Positions 25,501-37,254 of a stretch of 64,000 nucleotides of DNA are shown here, piece by piece. The translations under genes and the position numbers were made by a program. The DNA comes from Nymphaea colorata (Eukaryota), in the NCBI RefSeq assembly GCF_008831285.2, contig NC_045138.2:5332001-5396000 (forward strand). The letters are read 5' to 3'. Under the pieces are notes generated by a model, which did no database searches, was not told the origin of the DNA, and saw nothing but the letters and a program-made list of their open reading frames with translations. Position 1 is the stretch's first letter; every line of letters starts with the position of its first letter.

Positions 25501-28500
25501 CTCTAAGATATTCTAAGATATTGGAAAGCCAACGACACTGACAGCCGGTCAAACGGTGTTGTCATCCCACCACCGATCTTTCGGCTCTCCGACACGCTGC
25601 CAGATGGTGGAGGACAGGACAGGGGAGAGGTCGAACCCTCACCCAAATGCTTGGACGAGGGATCGACCTCCTCGATGGGTCTGGATCCCATTTTTGGAAC
25701 CAAAACCGCATTTGTGATATGGGCGGGTTAGAAAACAGGTTTAAGGCTCGAAATAGACCGATACGTTCAATTCTGGCTGGTTCTTGAAGCCCCTGGATCA
25801 GTTCTAGGCTTGGAGCAACCTAGTTATCCCAAATCCGATTTGTTTTCCCTTCTAAATCTATTCTGACCAATTATCCACTTTGTTTGAGCCTAGGCTTTAC
25901 CTCAAATCAACTGCAATCTTGAATCCTAGTTCATATCAGTGTTTATTCCTAAATCTAATCCTAAATCAAAACTTGAACCACAAATATCACAATATTTGTG
26001 GGAAATATCGCGACATTAATGAGAAAAATAAAGAAAATGCTGAAAACGGGAAACTATCTCGATATATTAAAAAGATAAAATTTATGTTATTACGATTTTT
26101 TCCCATTTTTTCATTTAGTTTTTATTTCATTTTATTTCGTCTTGTTTTAGGTATTTAATATAACCTCCTAAATGCAATACATTACTTATTAGTTTTACAT
26201 TTCTTGTAGTTTTACCTAACATTTTGATTTTCTTTTTATCAAGATTTTCCCAAAAAAGACAACTTTCTGATAAATACCCGAGAAAAACCTTGTTGATAAA
26301 AACCCGAGAACGATATTTGTGGCTATGACCCAAACCTAACCCTAGACCCGAGTCTAAGCAAAAACTAGATGATCCAAACCCAACACTGTTTCTCATAAGT
26401 ACATCTTTGGAGCCAAAAATTTGGTTCGTTGAGGATTACTCTTTTCGAACCCGGGGAGTATGACACAGTAGCTAAAGCAATAAGAGTGTTTGGATTTTTA
26501 TTTATTGTTATTTTGTTTGGATCCAGAACCAACGATCCGTTTTAGGCTATATAAAGACGTGTAGAGTCTCATTTGTAATAGTTTTTAGAATCAATGAAAC
26601 CCTAATCTTCTTTGAGTTTCGCTTCGTTCAGTAATTTCTATTCCTTTTCATGTTTCCTTTGATTTCCTTAGTTCAATTTAGGCATTGCTCATGGATTAGA
26701 GGAGCAGTCCTCTTCCCCACTGCGTCAAAAAATAAAATAAATTTTTGTTGGGTGGTTAGATGAGTAGCCCCTTAATATTTTTGAGAAAGTTTAGATGAGT
26801 AGTACTTAATATTTTTGCTTTATTATTTGGAGATAATGTAACTCTTCCACCATTCCCCTAATCTCTATTTAAAAGAGAGATTAGGTTTATTCAACACACC
26901 ATCTTTCTTTCTCTCTCTATCTACCAACTTCAACATGGTACCAAAGCATTCATTCCTAGGAGGGTCTAACGCCATCCTGTCTTCTTCCCTCTTTTCCATC
27001 CCTGTTATTCCCTCTTTTGGATAAATGTGCTTTGTTTAAAAGCTTGGACCTAATCGAGACCAATTGTCATCACAAGCTACTAAGTGTGTATTAATTGCAT
27101 ACCCCAAGAACCAAAAGGGATACCATTGCTGTGATCCAATTCCCAAAAAGAGTATGTCAATGTAAGACGTCAACTTTTTTTAGTTTGTTCCCTATTTTTC
27201 TAATGTTGGTAATCATATGCATTGCGAAACCAAGGGATATATTCAAACCTATGGAGTGGACTTTTTTGGAACCTTCTCTCATTTTGCAAGAGTTTGGACC
27301 ATAGGGTCAGTTGTTGTTGTGGTTGTACTTGTGCACTATGGATGGAAGCGTCCCAATTAGATGTGAAAAATGCATTTTTATGATAATTTATCTGAGACAA
27401 CTTATATGCAACAACCACCTAGCTTTGAACAATAGGGAGAGAGTGAGAAGGTGTGCAGATTGAAGAAAGCAAACTACGGGGAATCTGAAGTGATATCTGC
27501 CATTGGATTTCAAAGGTCTCCATCTGGTCACTCATTGTTCAACAAACAGAGCTCAAAAGGTATAGTTGTGATGGTTGTATATGTTCACGACATTATTCTT
27601 ACAGGGGAATATGAGGAGGAAAATGTTGAAACTAAGTTGCACCTGCAAAAGCACTTTGTTACTAAGGATATTGACCCACTTAGATATTTCTTGGAAATAA
27701 ATGTAGCAAGAAGTGGAGAAGGTGAGGTACTCTCGCAGGGAAAATATGTTTTCGATTTGCTAAAAGGGACGGGGATGCTTGGAGCTAAGCTTGTGAATAT
27801 TCCTTTGAATCCTTGTCTCCACCTACATGAGGATTCAGCAGTGCTAGATAGATAGTACTATCGAACACCTATCGAAAAACTTTTGTATGTTAGAGTCACT
27901 CGTCTTGTTGTAGGAAAATTAAGTCAATTTATGGATAAACCAAGAAAAAGTCATTTGGAGACAGCCATGATGGTCCTCAAGCTAGTGCTGAAAAAGGGTA
28001 CGAAGAAACATGAAAGTATATTGATCATTGAGAAGTGGAACGGGGACTGGCCTAAGTAGGTTTATCATCATAATTCTATAAAGAAGGCTGGTATGTGTGG
28101 GATTCTATATATCAGATTAAGCTAGAAATTCTTGAGTTAGTTCTCGTGGACAGGGAGTCTACTTTAGCCATCACCTTTTCTTTATAGTAAGGTAGAAACA
28201 CTTGACCCCCAATCTCTGATTAGCATCCATCTTGTAGGAACAAAGAAAGTAAGCCCAACCAAAGAATATGATAGTCATAATAGATGAACAATTGGGTCAG
28301 AATTGAAATCTGCTACCTGATGGGTCTCACTCATGGCTGGAGGAGAATAGTGGGTCCTTGGGACCATTGTCACAAAAAACGTGTATGGGTATTATACGGC
28401 AAGGAATTTTTTTTGGTACAATACGGCAAAGTTGTATATCTATCTTGGCGAAATTTTTAAAAATTTAGAACATTAAATAAATCCTGAAAATTATAAAAAA

Positions 28501-31500
28501 TAAAAATTAATAAAAAATACGAAAAAGGGAAAAAACACGTATAATACTCATATTATACTTGTATCCCGTATAATATCCATATTACGCATATTATTCCCAT
28601 ATTATACCTGTTTCTTTTCACGTTTTTTGTTTTCTAGTGTTTTTTTATTAAACACGTTTTTTCACGTTTTACACGGGTGACTTCTTTTCACGCTTTATAC
28701 GTGTTTTTTTCTAACAAAACGCATTTTTTGCGACAATGCATGAAAGTATATTGATCATTGAGAAGTGGAACTGGGACTGCCCTAAGTAGGTTTATCATCC
28801 TTGTTGATAGATCGTATGTTTCGGGTTCGGATCCATACCCGACCCGCCTTGTAGCCCGTGTTGGGCACTACTTAAGTCATGTAACCATAATCCTTATGTG
28901 TTAATGATAATCTAAGGAGCGAGAGAGTCTGGTGGCTAGTGGGCACCAACTCCTCATTCGTGGTTTTTTCTCCCTCGTGTTGAGGGTTTTTCACGTTACA
29001 TCGTGTCAGAATTACTATGGTTGAAGATATTGCTGACTGACATTGGAATAGAGATTGAAGGACCTATGAAGATGTATTGTGATAACAAGTCTGCAATCAA
29101 CTTAGCCAACAATCTTGTTCTTCACGACAGAACAAAGCATGTTCAAATTGATCGTCACTTCATTCGGGAAAGAATTGATGCGAAAGAGTTGATCTTACCT
29201 TACATGAAGTCTGAAGACCAAACTGCTGATGTTCTGACGAAAGCTCATCCTTCAGCTTCATTTGAGAGGAATGTATCCAAGTTGGGCATGTTTGATATGT
29301 ATGCCCAACTTGAGGAGGAGTGTTGATAGATCGTATGTTTCGGGTCCGGATCCATACCCGACCCGCCTTGTAGCCCGTGTTGGGCACTACTTAAGTCATG
29401 TAACCCTAATCCTTATGTGTTAATGATAATCTAAGGAGAGAGAGAGTCTGGCGGCTAGTGGGCACCAACTCCTCCTCATTCGTGGTTTTTTCTCCCTCGT
29501 GTTGAGGGTTTTCCACGTTACATCGTGATCGTTGTTCCTCTTCCTCTCCTTGTTCGTATTTCTACAATCCTAATTCTATAAAAGACAACTCTTTCTATGT
29601 TCTTGGACCGATATGTTTCTCTTCTTTCTCATTTTTGACATTTGTTCACTTGTTTCCATTTCCAGTTTTCTTGTCAAACATGTGCTAATACAGAGCACCA
29701 CCATAAAGGGCCTAACATGAAGCAGATCTAGTTCCACACAAATCATTGAATAAGAAAGAGTGTACTAAAGCTCTTGGCCAAGCTCGCACTGTCTAAGGTC
29801 TAGCCAACCCTTTCCAAAATTCCCATAAGGCATGAGCACTAGACAGTACCAGAAACCAATCAGTACACAAAGGCTCTCTTGGAGACTCCATATAGTGCTT
29901 GTCGACTCAAAGAACCTACAATTCTCCATCATGACTCAACAAAAATAAACATGTTAAGACTCAATAAAACAATCATATTATATATACAAGGGAACAATAA
30001 CCATCACAAAATTTATCAGGTAGAAAATTTATCAGGTAGAAAACCATCATACATAAAAAATACAGGCATGGATAAACAATACAATATTATATAGCAAGAC
30101 CGTTCTTAGACCATTGAAATGCAGTGCCTTACCTTGAGATATACTGTAATTAGTTGCCCAGGTAACAAAACCTCATGGTTTTGTGTTGTATCCAGATTGT
30201 CAGGAGCTGCTATCCGATCAACTACGGCAAATAACTTTTGCAACATAAATCTGAAGAAAGCAAACAAAAACAATGTCAGGATAGATACCATAGAAAACAT
30301 ATGAGATATGAATTTTCCTGACCATGTGACATGATGTAATTGCACAAGAAACAGACATGAGTAAATTAAACTTGTCGTGATTGTTGTCAAGGTGCACGAA
30401 GACAAACTCCTTTAGAACAGATTCTCCAACCTACATAGAAGAGAAAAGAAATGAGTTATTCCAATGAACATTTTTATATCCAGTCCAAATAGGTAAACAA
30501 GAAAGAGAAGAAAAATATGAATCAAAAGTAAATGAATCAAGTAAAGAAGTTGAAAGCAAGTTTTACTTACCACTGAATGACTTTCCATTTCTAATCCTTC
30601 CATTAATGGCTGGAATCTTTTACCTAAATGAAAAGAAAAATGAAATAAAAATGCACACTAAACATCAAAGAAGCCATGTGCGGCAAGAGTAGCAGGAGAA
30701 TGGGTTGTCAATCAACATGTCAATAGTACCAATAAACTGCAGGCACTGTAGCCGCGTGAATAAACCAAAATCTCTGACTTCATTTAAGATTATCTTTGCT
30801 CTTTCCCCAGTTAGCTGCACACAGCCTGTTGCTCTAGAAACATGGTAGGTATCACTACCAGAAGAAGTCAAACTCGTATAAATTTCAGCATCACTGGTGT
30901 CAACGAGGGCCTGGCAGAGAAAAACTTTTTCAGGAATCATGTTGCAAGGCAAGTAGAAACTATCAACGTAGTTATACTTCTCTATGTCAAAGGCTGCATA
31001 TGTTCTTTTTTTCTGCACAAGCACTAGAGAAGAATAAAGAGTAGGTGTGTAGCTCATAGCAACCATGAACATATGCTACCACAGCATTTGTAATAGCATA
31101 CATAGCCTTTGATCTTTTCAGAATTATGTGTAATATTCCAAGCAAAAAAAGCTACTGTGCAGAGACTCGTTTACAAGGACAAAAAAGGAAGAGGTTACAT
31201 AGAACACAAAATCATTTATACACAACAGCCTTAAATATCCAAACTACTCCAAGAATCACAAATCACATAAAACCCTAAAAGTTGTAGTTTCATTAAATAA
31301 TTCAAAAATGCATTTGTGAAACAAGATAGAGCTCATTATCTACAATATTAGGGCTACAACACTAGGGCTGATCATATACAAAATGAATAGCCATGGACAC
31401 TAGAATGACTATCTACCTGTTAAACTTGTTCACATACACAGCATATACTGGCTGAAAATATAAAGGTACAGGAAAAATAAACAGAAAAAGCAAAAGGCAA

Positions 31501-34421
31501 AATGCAAAAGCAAAGAAAATATAAATATATATATATATAATAGGATACAATGTGTCTATGGAATATTAAAGGACTAAAGTTTATGTAAACTCAGCACGCT
31601 GCCTCTAATGAAACATATAGTTCAGTAAAACGAAGGTGATACCTTCAGCATTATGCCAACTGGTATAATGTATTCCTTCCTTCGCACCCTACATAGAGCA
31701 CAAGAAAAAAAAAATAAGGGTAACTCAGTGGTGAATGGTTTAATTTATTGGCATGAAAGGCAAATTAGTAGCTTACAGAAATCCAATGCTTGCACTTCCA
31801 TGCTGCAGGTAATACAGCCTTACTGTGACAGCAGATTGATCTTGTCGGACACATCTAGAAGTTTACAAAGTATCAGATATTTAGGTTCCCCGGTAATAAA
31901 TAATGATAATGAAAGCATGAAAGAAAAGAAAGCCATCAAAATTCGGGAGAGAGAACCTTTTAAAATTTAGATTGTCCTCAGAAAATTATGTAAGAGATCT
32001 ATAGCGAAATCTTGTAGTTACTCTTGCATAGATTTATCAATTGTATGTCATAATTTTGTTTAATCTAATGATAATGCACTACTGCCACATTAATAGATGT
32101 TCTAATTCTAAGCTTTAAAAAAAAAAAAAAAACATTCAGATTTGAGGATGATAGCCGAAGTAAAATGTACACAAGAAAAAAATAATTGAAATAAATTGTA
32201 GATGCACACACTTGCTGTACAATAGGTGACATACACAGAGGCATAACTCACAAGGTCGCGTACTTTTCTAGCATCAAATGCAATTGCAACTACTCAGCAC
32301 CCCTTAATTTTCATGACAAATCATTCAAGACAGGATTTTACAAAAAAGAAATATGACATGAATGAGACTGCTGAACATAATTTTGCACCAAAAACAAGAG
32401 ACAACAAATGTCTAAGAAGCCAAGGAGACATACTCCAAAGTAGTCTAACTCTAAATAAAACTGTTCAAAAACTAATAAAGATCATCTTCTTCTGCTGAGA
32501 ACAAACAGAGCCTTTGTCTTTATCATAAGAAAAAGAAGTACACCTGATGAGAACAGCTTTCTCAGTAAAAGCTGATCCACGGTTACGGTATGCATTACGG
32601 ATCACACTCATCGGCTGTTATGAGAACAAGATGTTAGACAAAGATGAAGACTCACAAAACAGAAGCAAATGTTATCTCAAGTAATAGACAATCAGAAATA
32701 CTAATATAGCATTGCACATCATGTAAACAGCATGACTCACATAATTCCGCTTTGGCATTATTAAAATCCGTGCAAGTCGCTCAAGTCCATTGCATATGAA
32801 GTAGCTACAAGCACAAAGCAAATTTGAAATAGTCAGTCATGAAGAAACTTGTTGACAAGCATGCATAAGTTGTGACAAAAGCTACTTTTGCGGATTTATT
32901 AGGAAATGAGAAAATAATAAGGAAGCCTAGATGCACAGGAAACAAAAAAAGAAGAAGATGGACATTGTGCCATATGGAGGTATGCATTTTTGACATGGAG
33001 ACTGTAATTTTGTCTACCTGTGTTGGTGCAGCAATCAATAGACACATGCATTTCGCATAACAGGTATTGCCGGACCTGATACAACTAAGATCCCAGCCCC
33101 TTCTTTACTGAACCCTTAAACCCCCATAAGAAAAATCCCTCTTCTTCGTTCTCCTCTACGTACATCACAGATCGGCAGCTGATTCGAAAAAAGACTGCAG
33201 TTTCCCAGCAACACTGGTGCAACCTTCTTGCAAGTTATGCATATATTGCATCTTTTTTTTCTGTTTTGTATATCTTTATCAATATTTCACTTGATCTGTT
33301 TTGCAGTTCTTCTTCAACTAAGTAAGAGTTTCAATGACTTTTGTCTTTTTTCATTTGGGCTACTTTTTCAGATCCCTATATTACTTGGTAAGCCATTTTG
33401 CATCAGATCAGTTTTAGGATTTTTTTGTTCTCTTCACATAGTGGGTTTTTTATAGCTTTTAGATCTTTATTTTGCTTCATCACTTTTTCCATTTTAGAGG
33501 TTATTTATCTTTTATTCTGCTTCACTCTGCATTTTAAACAACGTAGCTTTTGTATTGCATGATTATATCTTTTTTTGAGTTTAACAGTGTTAGCTGTCAC
33601 GGGTTGCATCGTGCATTGCCTGATTTTATTTTCTTCTTTCAGTATTAAGTTTATCGAGCAGCTTAGCACATTGTATGACTATTTTTTCTCAGTCAAGCAT
33701 TAAGCATTGCATTAATATATATGGATTTACTTTGCTGGCATTTTCTGGATTAAATATATGTATGATAGTCACAGAAAACATGTTATTGTCGAAAAAACAG
33801 CAAGAAAATTAAATGCCAAAAAATGGGAAAAAAAATGTGTTTTTTCAAAAAAAAACGAAAAAAAATGCATAACATGTTTAAAACGTGCTTTTTCACGTCT
33901 TAATGTTTAAAAAAAGCAATTTTTATTTGGGTGGGGACATCAACTGTAATTTGACAAAATTGTAAATAATAGTTTGGGTAAAAAATGAATAAAACACAAA
34001 ACTTAGAAGGTAAAAAATTTGTCGACAAGGGGGAAAGCTAGTCGACGTGTCTTTACGGTTTAAGGTTTTCAGATTTGGGGGAACGTTAAATCCAGCTGAT
34101 TTCCGATTTCCAGCAAGGTTTCCGACCTCAAACTCACTAGTGGAGCAGACCAGCGTCTCTTTGTTTCCAATGAGCAGCAGCAACGTCAAACCTCTAACGG
34201 ACTGGTGCATTTTCTGGCACCGTGCAGACCACCAAAAGCTACATCTGACCACATTCGCGTGCTCAAGTAGGATTTTCCGTTAGTTATTAACTTATTCAGT
34301 CCAGACCTCCGACAACTACATCCGACCACGCTCATCTATGTCACATAGGTACGGGGTACGGGTGCCGGTGCGTGTACGGGTACTAACCATTTTCAAAAAA
34401 CTTGGGTGCGGGGGTACGGCC

Positions 34422-34462
<41 letters not shown>

Positions 34463-36967
34463 CAATAAGAAATACTTAGAAAATATGTATCAAAATAAAA
34501 AATATACATCAACATAAACAAATAAATAACATAGAAAATATATATATACGGCTCTTGCAGCAATGTGTTTAAGAAACCTATGAAAAACTTTAAACATATG
34601 GACAACCAAGCAACCCCCTAGTCAAATATGAACATCAATTGAATTTTCACATCTAAAGAATAGAATAAACAGTAAGGTGGAAAAAATTAAATCAAAGTAA
34701 AATTAAGCAATTTGGATCTATTGGTACCCAAGTGTCAAAGTACCCATTTTGAGTACGGGTACGGCGACACGAGTACGTGGACCTTACTGCCTCAAGGGGC
34801 ATAGCGTAGCTGGTCGAGCTAAGGGCCTGTATTAAGGCAGGTCTCTAGTTCGATTCCCGTGGGCGCTATGTTCTTGTGTCTTAAGACGGTAGGGCGCGGT
34901 ACCCAAGCTGAAGGGTGCACCGTTGCTATTGCTGACACCGACGCAGCTCAGGACCCCGGAGGCAGGGGGAATGGGGGGCCTTCGGGCCTTTTTCGGGTGG
35001 TGGATTTAATACCCCTTGCTCACCCGAGTACGTGGACCTTACTGAAGTACCCATGTGACTTAAATGCTCATCTGCTTGTGTTCATTTTTTTTCTTATGTA
35101 CTTATTTTGTTGTTGTCTTATTAGTTCCTCATTTATTTTATTTTTTCCTAATTTTTAGGAATTTTTTCAGATTTTTTTTTTGAAAATTTATCGTTTTTTT
35201 TTCTTGTTCGTATTTTTCAAGCACACCGTATTATACCTGAAAAAAACCTCACCATTGAAAACTCTGAAACGTTATTTGTGGCTAAGTATATATTACACAC
35301 ACAAACACACACATTATACCAAAATAAAACATTGCCATTTAAACCCTGAGAACACTAATGTAACTATGATATATGAATGCATGCATATATGTATGTGTGA
35401 ATGTATGTATAATTTTATACATGTATATATTCTTTGGCATGCCCAATCTGCCCCTCAATTTGAGTCATAGTTACCAAATTTCCAACCATGCTTTTAATAG
35501 AATACAAACAAAATTTAAGACCAATACTCACCCACCAATTTCACTTGACTCCTCCTTCAATGAAACCAACTTTTTTGGATCAGCACCCCTTAAATGGCAC
35601 AGCTTTGACTGCAATAAACTAAAACAATCAATTTTCCTATTACACCATGAATTAAGAATTGGAATTCATAAGACCCCATTAATCTATTAAGCAATGCAAT
35701 CTCCACAAAGGTCCTTTCCCTTGAAGAGATGTTCTGTCTTGGCCATGTGTTGATCAAGGCACAGATCCCATAGCCAAGGCAAGGTTTATCACACTCTAGC
35801 ACCTAATTAGAGCTTGTGCCCGAAGTTGTCATGAACTGAAATAGTAGCATTTCTTCAGATCAGTTCCTGTCAACACAGAACCATATATGCAACACCACCT
35901 ATTCCAATAACAAAAGGAGAATGTTTGGAGTCACGTCCTTGATGTCCAACTTAACAACCCTAAAAAGATCAAAATACAGTGGACCTTCTATATCCAATAA
36001 GCCTCCTGCCATGATCTTGGTCCACATAAGAAAACATTCAACTTAGAGAACATATTGCTCTAAGAGGGGGGAGGGGGGAATTCATGCTGTTGGATGTATA
36101 AGGATTCCTGAACCAGCAACCTGTTTGTTGTGTCATCAATGCACTCGTATGCATTAGATCTTTCATTTTGTGTACCAGACAAATTGGAATTTCTCATGAA
36201 GTGAAATCATAAGCTGGTCCAAGCAAGAGAGGAAAAAAGAAAAACAGGGCTACAAGCCATATATTGGCTTCGCTCTCAAACTCAATGGGAGATTGGTACA
36301 CCTTCAAGAACCTCACAATGTCAATCAAGTGGTCAATCATAAAAATGTTAGCCTTAGAACACAACCATAAACTTCAGTCAAGTGAGAACATCAAGGAGAC
36401 TAGCAAATTTGGAATCTCATGCTTCTTCACATGCGGCAGCCCTAAAAGCATAGTTATAGAACCATTGCAATTTCCATAAAAAGAGAAAATGGGAAACAAA
36501 GCAATAACATGGGTAACAAAATTAACATCAAAAAGAGAAGAACAAAAAAGCAGGAAAGGATGGGAAACACAGCAATAAAAATGCACATTAATTTTTTACC
36601 TTTTTCTGAAAAATGTGTTTTCCCCTTTTTTTAGTTTTCCTTTTTTACGGTTAATATCACATTTTTCCAAAAAAAAACACAATATCTGTGATGGTGAGTA
36701 GCACTATTAGGTCCTAAGTCAATTGCATGATTTACTGCCTAAGAAGAGACATATATGGGTGAAACTCTATGTTGCATTGGACACTGATATGGGTGTCAAA
36801 TATGGGGCTGGACACGGATAGGGTGTCAAATATGGTGCCGGATACAGGTGTCAAATATGGCAAGCTTTAAAAAATTAGACATTTGTATGCACATATATAT
36901 ATATATACAAACATACCTATATATATATATATATATATATAAACATACATATATATATATATATACA

Positions 36968-37007
<40 letters not shown>

Positions 37008-37060
37008 CATATATATATATATATGTATACATACATATATATATATGTATGTATATATAT

Positions 37061-37101
<41 letters not shown>

Positions 37102-37117
37102 TATATATATGTATGTA

Positions 37118-37148
<31 letters not shown>

Positions 37149-37217
37149 GTATGTATATATATATATATATAGATATGTATGTATATATGTATGTATATAT
37201 ATATATATATATGTATG

Positions 37218-37254
<37 letters not shown>

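Noticed and set aside
25165..25703. GC-richer ORFs of 66-84 aa in intron 12
   Set aside because: No recognisable homology; not needed for the NRPA2 frame; probably the interior of a degenerate retroelement ending at the 26461-26727 LTR.
34795..34870. Possible tRNA gene
   Set aside because: Has A and B boxes, but I could not build a full cloverleaf. It continues into a 160-bp body and is flanked by a TSD, so it is called a SINE.
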